A DNA stretch of 64,000 bases from an uncultured Actinomycetes bacterium (GTDB taxonomy: Bacteria; Actinomycetota; Thermoleophilia; Gaiellales; Gaiellaceae). Both the position numbers and the translations under genes were made by a program. Shown here piece after piece: positions 18,508 through 28,487 of this stretch. Numbering within the stretch: position 1 is the first letter of the stretch; each line of letters starts with the position of its first letter. The stretch covers positions 60,389 through 124,388 of the forward strand of contig CAWGQF010000011.1 of the NCBI GenBank assembly GCA_963824775.1, given 5' to 3'. The notes under the pieces were generated by a model. That model was not told the DNA's origin, did no database searches, and saw nothing but the letters and a program-made list of their open reading frames with translations.

Positions 18508-18614
18508 CAACTGAGGCTGACGCAATGAGGGTCGTGAAGGGCCAGCAAGCCCGGGCCGGAAGCTTGATCGCGAAGACAGGGACAGCTGCAGGGCCGCCTA
18601 CGGGAGGATCGACG

Positions 18615-19315
18615 CTACGCGACCGCGAGAACACGACGCCGGGCCGCGTCCAAGAGCGAGGCGAGGATCAGGGCCCCGTCGCCGGAGCCGAGAAGCGGGT
18701 CGACGGCGTGCTCGGGATGCGGCATGAGCCCCATCACGGTTCCTGTCTCGTTGAGGACGCCCGCGACGTCGCCGACGGATCCGTTCGGGTTCTCGTCGAC
18801 GTCGTAGCGGAGCACGACCTGCCCCGCTTCCTCCAGCTCGGCGACGAGCTCGGGGGCGCGAACCAGCAGCCGTCGCCGTGCTTCACCGGGATCACGAGAC
18901 GCGCGCCGGGGTCGCACCGGCTCGTGAAGGGCGTGTCCGTCCGCTCGACGCGAAGCGTGACATCCCGGCAGACGAACGCGAGGGACGCGTTTGGCCGCAA
19001 GACGCCAGGCAGCAGTCCGGCCTCGCAGAGGATCTGGAATCCGTTGCAGATCCCGAGGACGAGCCCTCCCTCTGCGGCGAACCGGGTCACGGCGTCCATG
19101 GCGGGCGCGAAGCGGGCGATCGCGCCGGCGCGCAGGTAGTCGCCGTACGAGAAGCCTCCGGGGAGGACGATCGCATCGAGCCTCGGGAGTTCTTCGTCCG
19201 CGTGCCAAACCGACACGGCGTCGGCGCCTAGAGCCGTGAGCGCCCAGAGTGCATCCCGGTCGTCGTTCGAGCCCGGGAAGACGAGCACGCCGACGCGCGG
19301 CCGGACCTCGGTCAC
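18615..19315 (-). CDS. purQ: Phosphoribosylformylglycinamidine synthase subunit PurQ. One frame break at the G5 run 18852-18856.
   Basis: [21 protein letters not shown] (nucleophile Cys) and MPHPEH. ORFs 18734..19381 and 18615..19208 are collinear. The GTG start overlaps the purS stop (GTGA). Confidence 0.9.
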
Positions 19316-19560
19316 GCGGGCTCTCCGCGCAGATCGATCTCGTAGCTCTCGATCAGAGGGTTCGTCAGGAGCTGCTCGCACATTCGCTCGACAGCGGCGC
19401 GCACTTCGGTCTCGTCGGTCGCGTCGACGTCCAGGTCGATCACCCGCCCGATGCGGGCGCCCTCTACCGGGAAGCCGAGCTGCCTCAGCGAGCTCTGAAC
19501 CGCCTCGCCCTGTGGGTCGAGGATGCCGGTCTTGGGGCGGACGAGGACGGTCGCCTTCAC
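19312..19560 (-). CDS. purS: Phosphoribosylformylglycinamidine synthase subunit PurS.
   Basis: 82 aa: [30 protein letters not shown]... GTGA overlaps at both ends. Confidence 0.85.
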   Translation of the reverse strand: MKATVLVRPKTGILDPQGEAVQSSLRQLGFPVEGARIGRVIDLDVDATDETEVRAAVERMCEQLLTNPLIESYEIDLRGEPA

Positions 19561-20420
19561 CCGAGCACCACGGCGGGATCGTCGAGGTACCGGTCGAACG
19601 GGATCTCGGTCAGCCGCTCGAACGCCTCCACATAGCGGGCTCGCGTCCCGAGCACGACCTCCTCGGGAAGCTCGGGCCCCGGCGCCGTCTTGTCCCAGCC
19701 GAGGGTCTCGCAGTAGTCCCGCACGTACTGCTTGTCGAAGGACGTCTGCGACCGCCCCGGCTCGTACTCGTCCGCGGGCCAGAAGCGAGAGGAGTCGGGA
19801 GTCAGCGCCTCGTCGCCGAGAACCAGGCGCCCGTCGCCGTCGAGCCCGAGCTCGAACTTCGTGTCGGCGAGGATGATCCCGCGGTCGCCGCGTGCGTCGG
19901 CGGCGAAACGGTAGAGCGCGATCGACATGCGCTCGACCTCGGCGAGCAGGTCGTCGCCGACCAGCCTCGCTGCCTCGTCCCGGTCGATGTTCTCGTCGTG
20001 GCCCTCTTGCGCCTTGGTTGCGGGCGTGAAGATCGGCTCGGGAAGCCGCTCGCTGTCCTGCATCCCCTCGGGCAGCGCGTGGCCGGAGGTCGTGCCGGTC
20101 GCGCGGTAGTCCTTCCAGCCCGACCCGGCGAGGTAGCCGCGCACCACGCACTCGATCGGAAGCATCCGTAGCCGGCGGACCTCGGTCGAGCGGCCGTCGG
20201 CGCGCAGGCCGAGGACGTGATTCGGCACGATCTCGGCCGTTCGCGCGAACCAGAACGCCGAAAGGCCGGTGAGCACGCGCCCCTTGTCCGGGATCTCGGT
20301 GGGGAGGACGACGTCAAACGTCGAGATCCGGTCGCTGGCGACGAGCAGCAGCCGGTCGGCGTCTAGCTCGAAGATCTCTCTCACCTTTCCGCTCGTGACG
20401 TAGGTCGCTGCTTCAGGCAA
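19557..20420 (-). CDS. purC: Phosphoribosylaminoimidazole-succinocarboxamide (SAICAR) synthase.
   Basis: [29 protein letters not shown] 20420 overlaps the purB stop. Confidence 0.9.
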   Translation of the reverse strand: MPEAATYVTSGKVREIFELDADRLLLVASDRISTFDVVLPTEIPDKGRVLTGLSAFWFARTAEIVPNHVLGLRADGRSTEVRRLRMLPIECVVRGYLAGSGWKDYRATGTTSGHALPEGMQDSERLPEPIFTPATKAQEGHDENIDRDEAARLVGDDLLAEVERMSIALYRFAADARGDRGIILADTKFELGLDGDGRLVLGDEALTPDSSRFWPADEYEPGRSQTSFDKQYVRDYCETLGWDKTAPGPELPEEVVLGTRARYVEAFERLTEIPFDRYLDDPAVVLG

Positions 20421-21739
20421 CCGCTTCCTCCTTCGCTCGAGTGACTGTCCGCAGGCGTTCGAAGAGCAGGTCGACGTACCGGAGCGCGTCCACGAGGTCG
20501 AACGCGTCCGCGATCCCATCGGCGCCAATCCGTTCCGCGATCTCCCGATCCGCCTCGACCAGAGTGCGAAAGTCGCGCTCCTCGTCCCAGGCCCGCAGGG
20601 CGTTCCGCTGCACTAAGCGGTACGCCTCGTCCCGCACGAGGCCCGACGCGACGAGCGCGAGCAGCACGCGCTGACTGAAGACGAGCCCGTGCGACGCGTC
20701 AAGGTTCCGCCGCATCCGCTCGCCGTCGACGACCAGTCCGTCGACGAGCCAGGCGAAGCGGTCGAGCATGTAGTCGAGGGCGAGAAACGAGTCGGGGACG
20801 ACCACACGCTCCGCGCTCGAGTGCGAGATGTCGCGCTCGTGCCAGAGCGCGACGTTCTCGAGCCCGACCGTCGCCGCTGCCCGAACCACGCGCGCGAGGC
20901 CGCAGAGACGCTCGGACACGATCGGGTTCCGCTTGTGCGGCATCGCGGATGAGCCCTTCTGGCCGCGCCGGAACGGCTCCTGAACCTCGCGCACCTCGGT
21001 GCGGGCGAGGTGCCGAATCTCGGTGGCGAACCGCTCGAGTGACGCCGCGCACAGCGCGAGCGCCGAGAGGAGCTCCGCGTGACGGTCGCGCGGCACAACC
21101 TGGGTTGCGACCTGCTCCGGAAGCGAGCCCGAGCCGCTCGCACGCGACTCGCTCGACCTCGGGATCGCCGCCGCCGTACGTCCCGACGGCGCCTGCGAGC
21201 TTCCCGACGCGCATGCCCTCGAGCGCGCGCTCCAGCCGTGCCCGATCGCGTGCGAGCTCGAACGCCCAGCCGGCGAGCTTCGCGCCGAACGTGGTCGGCT
21301 CGGCGTGAACGCCGTGCGTTCGCCCGACACAGACCGTCTCGCGATGCTCCTCCGCCCGGCGCGCGACAACCTCGAGCGAGCGTTCGAGGCCCGCGAGGAG
21401 GAGTGCGCCGGCGTCGCGCACCTGCAAGGCCAGAGCCGTGTCGAGGACGTCCGACGACGTGAGCCCGTAGTGGAGCCAACGTCCCTCGTCACCGAGACCC
21501 TCGGCGACCGCGTCCACGAACGCCGCCAGGTCGTGCTGGGTCCGCTCCTCGATCTCAGCCACGCGCTCGGGCGTCGGCGGCACCGCGCGCACGCGAATCT
21601 CGGCGACGGCTTCGGGCGAGACGACGCCCACCTCTGCCCAGCCGTCGAGCGCGGCGAGCTCCACCTCGAGCCAGCGCGCCAGCCTTCCTTCATCCGACCA
21701 GATCGCATTCATGGCCGGACGGGAGTAGCGCGCGATCAC
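20413..21739 (-). CDS. purB: Adenylosuccinate lyase. One +1 frame break near 21120.
   Basis: N-terminal MIARYSRPAMNAIWSDE in ORF 20699..21739. C-terminal part with SSAMPHKRNP in ORF 20413..21708. Confidence 0.9.
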
Positions 21740-21905
21740 GCGCTCGATTCTAGAGGGGCCCCCGGCCCCCGACGGTCGACGGCTGCCCCGGACGCTTAGC
21801 GGATTCCGAACGTTGGTCCGGCCGATTCTTCACCCGCCCCAGGTGCGTCCTTCTCCAGCACCGCCGTAGCGTCACGGCAGCTGGATCACGACCGAAAGGA
21901 GCAAG

Positions 21906-22352
21906 ATGAGGATGTGGACGAAGTGGGTCCTGGTTGTTTTCGGGCTGCTGGGTCTCGGCGTCGGTGTCGCCTTCGCCGCGACGTCCGGATCCGACGAAGG
22001 ACGAACCGGGACGACGGCGACAGTCGGTACCTCGACGAGTGGTGTGACGACGACCGGGGATGTGAGTGGCCCCTGCGACGAGCCCGAGCACACGGCCGAC
22101 CCGCGTTGCACCGGCGCGGCCGGTGCCGACGATCGGCGTGGCCGCGGCAACGATGACCGCGAGCCGGGCGAGGACGTGCGCGGCCCCTGCGACGAGCCCG
22201 AGCACGCGGCCGACCCGCGCTGCACCGGAGTGGGCGGGGACGGGGACCGCCGTGGCCCCTCGAACGACTCGGGTCAGTCCGGACCCGGCCGCGGAGGCGA
22301 CGAAGACAACTCGGGCCGCGACGGATCAGGCGGCGGCTCCGGCCGAGGCTAG
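21906..22352 (+). CDS. Secreted Gly/Asp-rich protein with two copies of a GPCDEPEH-x-ADPRCTG motif.
   Basis: Signal-peptide-like MRMWTKWVLVVFGLLGLGVGVAFAA. The 47-nt direct repeats at 22068-22114 and 22182-22228 differ at 2 positions. Confidence 0.6.
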   Translation: MRMWTKWVLVVFGLLGLGVGVAFAATSGSDEGRTGTTATVGTSTSGVTTTGDVSGPCDEPEHTADPRCTGAAGADDRRGRGNDDREPGEDVRGPCDEPEHAADPRCTGVGGDGDRRGPSNDSGQSGPGRGGDEDNSGRDGSGGGSGRG

Positions 22353-22402
22353 CCGGCCGAGAAGCGGAGCCCTGCCGACCGCTGCGCTCGAGTTGCCGGT
22401 GG

Positions 22403-22603
22403 CTACAGGACTGCGAGGAAGAGCACGAACCAGAAGACCATGAGGGCCACGCCGATCCAGCCGAGGATGACCCCGGCCGACGCGAGGCCCTCACCTCCGA
22501 GCGCGGGATCGCTCTGGATCTCGCGGCGAGCGCTCGACCCGAGGACGATCGCCAGCACCGCGGCGATGACTGGGATCGCGAAGATGCCTACGATCCCGAG
22601 CAC
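22403..22603 (-). CDS. DUF4190-like small membrane protein. The N-terminus probably extends to about 22686 after a frame break.
   Basis: Two hydrophobic helices flank ..SSARREIQSDPALGGEGLA... The in-frame upstream sequence ..PPYEAGDQPARPARTSGKAIASLVLG lacks a start, and a nearby ATG is in another frame. Confidence 0.5.
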   Translation of the reverse strand: MLGIVGIFAIPVIAAVLAIVLGSSARREIQSDPALGGEGLASAGVILGWIGVALMVFWFVLFLAVL

Positions 22604-22688
22604 GAGTGATGCGATCGCCTTGCCGCTCGTCCGCGCCGGGCGAGCAGGCTGGTCGCCGGCCTCATACGGCGGGCATGGGTTCCATGAG

Positions 22689-23225
22689 TCAGCCGTCCAC
22701 CTGTGGTCGGATTGGAGCGTCCGGGTACCCTCCGCCCTGGCCGAGGATCTTCGCGGCGAGGATGGCCGCGTTCTTCGCGCCGTCGAGCGAGACGCAGGCG
22801 ACGGGCACGCCGGGCGGCATCTGCACGATCGACAGGATGGCGTCGAGCCCGCCCGCCGCCGTCTTCGAGCTGGTGAGCGGGACGCCGATCACCGGGAGGT
22901 CAGTGTAAGCGGCCACGGCGCCGGGGAGCGCGGCCGACATCCCGGCCGCGGCGATCACGACGCGCACGCCCCGCAACGCGGCGGTGGACGCGTACTCGGC
23001 CACGCCGCGGGGGTTGCGGTGGGCCGAGAGGACACGTAGCTCGTTGGAGATTCCTCGCTCGGCGAGCTCGTCGACGGCGGGCTGCATCCGCTCGAGGTCA
23101 GAGTCCGAGCCGATCAGGATTCCGACCAGCGGCCCCCGCTCGTATTCCTCGACGATCGGCATCGGGCTCGCGGCCGGGTCTGTTTCGAGCTCCGGATGCT
23201 CCATCTGCGACTCAGGATGCGGCAT
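22689..23225 (-). CDS. purE: 5-(carboxyamino)imidazole ribonucleotide mutase.
   Basis: VGILIGSDSDL, AAGMSAALPGAVAA, VPVACVSLDG. ATG 23225 overlaps the purD 3' end. Confidence 0.9.
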   Translation of the reverse strand: MPHPESQMEHPELETDPAASPMPIVEEYERGPLVGILIGSDSDLERMQPAVDELAERGISNELRVLSAHRNPRGVAEYASTAALRGVRVVIAAAGMSAALPGAVAAYTDLPVIGVPLTSSKTAAGGLDAILSIVQMPPGVPVACVSLDGAKNAAILAAKILGQGGGYPDAPIRPQVDG

Positions 23226-24432
23226 GAACCGCCTCGGCCGCCACGTCGCGGCGAAAATGGACTCCTTCGAGCTCGACGGCCTCGACAGCGTGGTACGCGC
23301 GATCGCGAGCGTCCGAGACAGTGTCGGCGAGCGCGGTGACGGCGAGAACGCGACCGCCCGCGCTAATGAGGCGGCCGTCCCGCAGCGCCGTGCCGGCGTG
23401 GAAGACGAGAGCTCCGCGTCGCTCGGCTTCGTCGACTCCCGTGATCGCGCCGCCCGTGACCGGCGCATCGGGGTAGCCCTCACTGGCAAGGACGACCGTC
23501 ACCGCCGCCTGCTCCGACGCAGCGAGCTCCACGTCGCCGAGATCGCCGGCCGCGGCGCGTGTGACGGCTTCGCCGAGATCTCCGTCGAGCCGCGGCAGGA
23601 CCGCCTGCGTCTCGGGATCGCCGAAGCGACAGTTGAACTCGAGCACGCGCGGCCCGTCGTCCGTGAGCATGAGCCCCGCGTAGAGCAGGCCGATGAACGG
23701 CGCGCCGCGCCGGGCAAGCTCCGCGAGCACCGGCTCGTGCACGCGCTCGACGAGCTCGGCCGCGTCGTCGTCGGAGAGATATGCGACGGGCGAGTAGGCG
23801 CCCATGCCCCCGGTGTTCGGCCCTTCGTCACCGTCGCTCAGGCGCTTCGCGTCCCGCGCTGCGGGGAGCGGCACCGCGCGCGCGCCGTCGCTCAGCGCGA
23901 ACACGGAGGCCTCGCGCCCTTCCAACAGCTCCTCGACGAGCACCGAATCGCCGAGCGCCTCGGCCCGCACCCAGGCGTCGTCGGCTTCCGGCTGCGTCCG
24001 GCAGACGAAGACGCCCTTTCCCGCCGCGAGCCCGTCGGCCTTGACGACACACGGCGCGCGCGCCTCATCGAGCGTTGCGGCGAACGGGACGCCTGCGGAC
24101 GCCATGATCTCCTTCGCGAACGACTTCGAGCCCTCGATCCTGGCGGCGGCGGCCACAGGTCCGAACACCGACACTCCGCTCTGGCGGAGCGAGTCGGCTA
24201 CGCCGGCAACGAGCGGAGCCTCGGGCCCGACCACGACGAGGTCGATCTCGTTGGCGAGGCAGAGCGAGAGGAGTCCCTCGGCGTCCTCCGACCGGACCGG
24301 GTGGCAGCGCGCGAGATCCGCGATGCCGGGGTTCCCGGGTGCGGCGTGCAGCTCGCCGACGGCCTCGGACTGCGCGAGCTTCCAGGCCAGCGCATGCTCT
24401 CGCCCGCCCGAGCCCACGAGGAGGACCTTCAT
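23212..24432 (-). CDS. purD: Phosphoribosylamine-glycine ligase.
   Basis: MKVLLVGSGGREHALAWKL.., ..VVKADGLAAGKGV.., ..EFNCRFGDPE... Intact. Confidence 0.95.
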   Translation of the reverse strand: MKVLLVGSGGREHALAWKLAQSEAVGELHAAPGNPGIADLARCHPVRSEDAEGLLSLCLANEIDLVVVGPEAPLVAGVADSLRQSGVSVFGPVAAAARIEGSKSFAKEIMASAGVPFAATLDEARAPCVVKADGLAAGKGVFVCRTQPEADDAWVRAEALGDSVLVEELLEGREASVFALSDGARAVPLPAARDAKRLSDGDEGPNTGGMGAYSPVAYLSDDDAAELVERVHEPVLAELARRGAPFIGLLYAGLMLTDDGPRVLEFNCRFGDPETQAVLPRLDGDLGEAVTRAAAGDLGDVELAASEQAAVTVVLASEGYPDAPVTGGAITGVDEAERRGALVFHAGTALRDGRLISAGGRVLAVTALADTVSDARDRAYHAVEAVELEGVHFRRDVAAEAVHAAS

Positions 24433-24570
24433 CGCGCGCGAGTCTAGACGCTGAGGCGGCGGATTCCGCCGGGCTTCCCGAGGTTCGGCGGGCGGCCTTC
24501 CGGGAAGGTTGCCTGCATGACAAGTCAGCGCGACTTGCGAAATACGAGTCGGAGCGGCGAGAGTGCAGGC

Positions 24571-24891
24571 ATGCGCGAGCCGGGGCTCGACCGTCACGAG
24601 TGGGAGACGGAGTGGGAGCAGCTCCAGGAGCCGCTGGAGGACTCCCCGCTTCAGACGCTTCCCGAGCTCGGCGATCTGGTCGAGCAGATGCTGAAAGCGG
24701 GTGGCTACCCGGTGGACGGCGTCGCCGACGACGGGCGGAGCAACTCCGATCTGGGGATTTCCTTTCGCTCGGCTCGCGAGGTGACGCTGCGCGTGGAGCG
24801 TGGGGACGACGTCGATCTCGGCGATGTGGCCGACGCGATCCACGCCTACCGCGAGATCTACGAACAGCTGATCGATCAGCCCCGAAACTAG
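24571..24891 (+). CDS. Hypothetical acidic protein.
   Basis: MREPGLDRHEWETEWEQLQEPLEDSP... The ATG lies inside ORF 24517..24891. I cannot name a family. Confidence 0.45.
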   Translation: MREPGLDRHEWETEWEQLQEPLEDSPLQTLPELGDLVEQMLKAGGYPVDGVADDGRSNSDLGISFRSAREVTLRVERGDDVDLGDVADAIHAYREIYEQLIDQPRN

Positions 24892-24899
24892 CTAGTGCA

Positions 24900-25337
24900 T
24901 TAGGCCGTTCGCTCGAGCTCGTTCCGCAGGCGCTCGAGGTCGCTCGCGATCCCGCGCCGCACCGCACGTGAAAGCAGCGGGCCGGCGAGACGGTAGAAGC
25001 CGGACGCGTCACCGCCGGCTCGGATCCGCATGGTCGTGCCGCCCTCCGCGTCCTCCCACTCGTACGTGACCGCCATCGAGAACGGCCCTTCCACGGAGCG
25101 CATCGCCAGGCACCGTCCGGGCTCGCGCTCCGTCACCTCGTTTACGTAGGTGAGCGCCGGCCGAGGAAGCTCGCCGTCCTGGCGACGCGCGCGCCGACCC
25201 CGAACGGCTCCTCCGTGACGAGGTGGGCCTCCGAGACTGCGCCGATCCAGGTCGGATCGTTTCTCCAGTCGGACGCGTAGCCTGCGACCTCCTCCCGGTG
25301 GACGGCGGACGAGCGTCTCGACGGCCACATCGGTCAC
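24900..25337 (-). CDS. SRPBCC (polyketide cyclase/START-like) family protein. Two frame breaks (about 25295 and 25155).
   Basis: Pieces VTDVAVETLVRRPP / EEVAGYASDWRNDPTWIGAVSEAHLVTEEPFGVGARV (ORF 25142..25330) / TYVNEVTEREPGRCLAMRSVEGPFSMAVTYEWEDAEGGTTM. Confidence 0.65.
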   Translation of the reverse strand: MTDVAVETLVRRPPGGGRRLRVRLEKRSDLDRRSLGGPPRHGGAVRGRRARRQDGELPRPALTYVNEVTEREPGRCLAMRSVEGPFSMAVTYEWEDAEGGTTMRIRAGGDASGFYRLAGPLLSRAVRRGIASDLERLRNELERTA

Positions 25338-25353
25338 AGCATGCGCGCCGGTT

Positions 25354-25845
25354 TCAGCGCGGCGCGAGCTCGAGCAGCTGGCGCACGTCGAGCGGCGCCG
25401 TGTACATCCCGACGCGCTCGCCCTCGGTCGGCTCCGGCCACTCCTCGCGCGGTCGATCCCAGTAGAGCTCGACCCCATTGCCGTCCGGGTCGCGTAGGTA
25501 GAGCGCCTCGCTGACGCCGTGATCCGATGCGCCGTCGAGACGGATGCCCGCCTCGAGGACCCGGCGCAGGGCGTCGCCAAGCGCTGCGCGGGTTGGATAG
25601 AGGATCGCGACGTGGAAGAGGCCAGTTGTCCCGGGCGGCGGGGGGGAGCCGTCGCGGCTCTCCCAGGTATTGAGGCCGATGTGATGGTGGTAGCCGCCGG
25701 CCGAGACGAAGGCTGCCTGGTCCCCGAACCGCTGCTGGAGCTCGAAGCCGAGGACGCCCGACCAGAACGCGAGCGACCGTTCGATGTCTGCGACCTTGAG
25801 GTGGACGTGGCCGATGCGAACACCGGGATCGATCGGCTCACTCAT
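25354..25845 (-). CDS. VOC family protein (glyoxalase/extradiol-dioxygenase fold).
   Basis: Intact 163 aa: IGHVHLKVADIERSLAFWSGVLGF.., ..YHHHIGLNTW.., ..EALYLRDPDGNGVELY. Confidence 0.85.
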   Translation of the reverse strand: MSEPIDPGVRIGHVHLKVADIERSLAFWSGVLGFELQQRFGDQAAFVSAGGYHHHIGLNTWESRDGSPPPPGTTGLFHVAILYPTRAALGDALRRVLEAGIRLDGASDHGVSEALYLRDPDGNGVELYWDRPREEWPEPTEGERVGMYTAPLDVRQLLELAPR

Positions 25846-26061
25846 CCGGCCGACGATACCGCGAGGGCTCGAGCCGCCGCGGCGCCCCCGGCTGAGACGG
25901 GCATGTCGCCAAGCCGCGGGACCCCCACCCTAGGGAGGGGACGGCCTTTCCCGCCTCCCACCGGAAGCGTATCGCCGGGAAGCGCACACGTCTGTGACGG
26001 AACGGATCGATTCCCGCACGGGGTGTGCCGAGTCCCGCACCTGGGCGCTTTCGGTGCGAGC

Positions 26062-26883
26062 TCAGCGCGCGGTCTCGAGCTCCCCGGCGACAGCGCCCAT
26101 CCGCGCGAACTGTGCTCCGGCCTCGCCGACGTGGCGGATGAGCGTGTCGAGCATCGCAATCCGGCCGCCTCGGCCGATCACCTGCGGGTGCATGGTGAAG
26201 GTGAGAACACCGCCGTCCACGTTCGCGTCCATCCAGTCGAACTCGGCGCGCCAGATCTCCAGCACCTCGCCCGGGGTGCTGCCGCCGCGGCGGTACGGCT
26301 CGAAGTTGAACTGGAAGTACACCCAGTCGTCGAGCTCGAACGAGAGCGGCAGCTCCCAGAATCGCGCCTCTCGCCCGCGCTCGAGTGGCACTCCGCGCGC
26401 GACCCGATCGCCGATCCTCGGACGGAACGGCCGGTAGTCGTCGGCCATGAGGCTCGAGTCGTAGAGGAAGCCGCGCTCCTCGACGAGCTCGAGCGTCGAC
26501 TCGGAGAGGTCGGCCGACGGCGAGCGGAATCCGACGGGCGTCACCCCGATGCCCTCGAGTACGCGCCAGGCGCGCTCCATGTCGTCGCGCTCCTCCTCCC
26601 TCGTCTGCCCGCTCGGATCGACGTGCGCGTACGAGTGGTGTGCGACCTCGTGGCCGGCGGCGAGGATCCGCTCGGTCTCACGCGGAAACGACTCGACCGT
26701 GTGCCCGGGCACGAAGAACGTCGCGGCCAGGCCGTGCGAGGCGAGCAGATCGAGCACGCGCGGCACGCCGACGCGCGCTCCGTACTCGCCGCGGCCGAGC
26801 ATCGCCGGCGTCGTCCGGTCGTACGCGAGCCACACGGAGAGCGCGTCGAAGTCGAACGTCAGGCAGACGGTGCTGTTGGGCAC
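26062..26883 (-). CDS. Polysaccharide deacetylase family protein (PuuE/NodB-like).
   Basis: Intact 273 aa: LTFDFDA, FFVPGHT, GHEVAHHSYAH. Confidence 0.85.
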   Translation of the reverse strand: MPNSTVCLTFDFDALSVWLAYDRTTPAMLGRGEYGARVGVPRVLDLLASHGLAATFFVPGHTVESFPRETERILAAGHEVAHHSYAHVDPSGQTREEERDDMERAWRVLEGIGVTPVGFRSPSADLSESTLELVEERGFLYDSSLMADDYRPFRPRIGDRVARGVPLERGREARFWELPLSFELDDWVYFQFNFEPYRRGGSTPGEVLEIWRAEFDWMDANVDGGVLTFTMHPQVIGRGGRIAMLDTLIRHVGEAGAQFARMGAVAGELETAR

Positions 26884-26915
26884 GCACCCCGGATGCTAAG
26901 CCGTACGATCGGCCC

Positions 26916-28340
26916 GTGACCGGCCCGACCGTCCTGCCGGCCCTTCCGCCGTGGTGGCTCGACGAGGCTCTCGCGAGCGAGGGATCGCACGAGCCGGCGC
27001 CGCCGCTGGAGGGCGACGCGCGTGTGGACGTCGCAATCGTGGGCGGCGGGTACACCGGGCTCTGGACGGCGCTCGCGGTTCGCGAGCTCGAGCCCTCCGC
27101 GAGGGTCGCGGTCATCGAGGCGGAGATCGTGGGCTGGGGGCCGAGCGGGCGAAACGGCGGCTTCCTCAACGGCTACTGGACGCATCTCTCCCGGCTCAGA
27201 CCGGTCTTCGGCGATACGGACTCGCTCGCGATCGGGCGGGCGGCCGCGCAGGTGCTCCCTGCGGTGCGCGCCTTTGCGGAGGCGCGCGGAGAGGACATCT
27301 GGCTGCGGCAGGGCGGGTACCTGAAGGTGTCCGCGGCGCCGGCCCAGGACGCCGTGATCGAGAAGGCGGTTCGCACGGCCGAGGAGCTCGGCGTCCCCGA
27401 GGAGGCCGTGCCGCTCTCGGAGCAGGAAGTACGAGAGCGCTGTCGGTCGCCGCGGTTCCGCCGAGGCGTCCTCTTTCGCGACGGGGCGACGGTTCAGCCG
27501 GCGCGGCTCGCGCGCGCTCTGAGGCGCGCGGTTCTCGCCGAAGGTGTCGCGTTGCACGAGCGGACGCGCGTCACGGCGCTTCGGAGCGGCCGGCCGCACG
27601 TGCTCGAGACTCCAAGCGGCCGGGTCCTCGCCGACGAGGTCGTCGTTGCCTCGAACGCCGCCATGACCGGCTGGCGACCGCTCGCACGGCACCTCACGAA
27701 CTTCGGCAGCTACGTCGTTCTGACCGAGCCGGCGCCGGAGCTCCTCGAGGACCTGGGCTGGACGCGCGGCGAGGCGATCACGGACGGGCGCATGTTCATC
27801 CACTACTTCCGCACGACGGCCGACGGCCGGGTGCTCATGGGAAGCGGCTCGGGGCCGATCGGACTCGGAGGTCGGCTCGACGACGGTCGGTTCACCGGCG
27901 ACGCCGAAACCGCCGCCCGGGCCGAGCGCGGCCTCCGGCGGCTGCTACCCGCTCTCGCACGGGCACGGGTCGAGCGGGCCTGGGGCGGGCCGATCGACGT
28001 TTCCGCCGATCACTTTCCGTTCTTCGGGACGCTGCCGGGGACTGGTGTCCACTACGGGGTCGGGTACTCCGGGCACGGAGTCGGGCCGAGCTGGCTCGGA
28101 GGGCGAACGCTTGCGTCGCTCGCCCTCGGCCTCGAGGACGAGTGGAGCCGGTCGCCGCTCGTTCGGACGCCTCGCGCGTGGCTCCCGCCGGAGCCCGTCA
28201 AGCGGCTCGGCGGCGCGGCCGTCCGCGCGGCGATCCTCGCGGCGGAGGCGGCGGAGGAGGACGGCCGGCGAGCATCGGCGGCTGTGCGCGCGGCTGCGGC
28301 GGTCCCGCGCCTCCTGCGGATGCCTCTCGGAACCCGGTAG
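26916..28340 (+). CDS. FAD-dependent oxidoreductase (gamma-glutamylputrescine-oxidase-like DAO family).
   Basis: VAIVGGGYTGLWTAL dinucleotide motif. GTG 26916 lies inside ORF 26640..28340. Divergent from the deacetylase gene. Confidence 0.85.
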   Translation: MTGPTVLPALPPWWLDEALASEGSHEPAPPLEGDARVDVAIVGGGYTGLWTALAVRELEPSARVAVIEAEIVGWGPSGRNGGFLNGYWTHLSRLRPVFGDTDSLAIGRAAAQVLPAVRAFAEARGEDIWLRQGGYLKVSAAPAQDAVIEKAVRTAEELGVPEEAVPLSEQEVRERCRSPRFRRGVLFRDGATVQPARLARALRRAVLAEGVALHERTRVTALRSGRPHVLETPSGRVLADEVVVASNAAMTGWRPLARHLTNFGSYVVLTEPAPELLEDLGWTRGEAITDGRMFIHYFRTTADGRVLMGSGSGPIGLGGRLDDGRFTGDAETAARAERGLRRLLPALARARVERAWGGPIDVSADHFPFFGTLPGTGVHYGVGYSGHGVGPSWLGGRTLASLALGLEDEWSRSPLVRTPRAWLPPEPVKRLGGAAVRAAILAAEAAEEDGRRASAAVRAAAAVPRLLRMPLGTR

Positions 28341-28487
28341 CAGGAGTCGCGCGGGGTCGGATCGCCGTGACTACTGTCACGCATTGCGCAGCTCTCCGAG
28401 CTCTGGCTTGGTTGTTGCGCAGCGGGATGGTACGCTCGCAGCAGAAACCGACGCTCCTGGTGACTGCGCGACTCGCAATCAGCAACC

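Noticed and set aside
26010-26061. Possible third, diverged copy of the inner part of the 55.1/59.1-kb repeat. It shares the 10-mer GTGCCGAGTC with 55220-55229, and CCGCACCTG.GGCGC with the right arm.
   Set aside because: The matches are short and interrupted and there is no trace of the 52-bp core. This could be chance in GC-rich DNA and needs a genome-wide repeat search.
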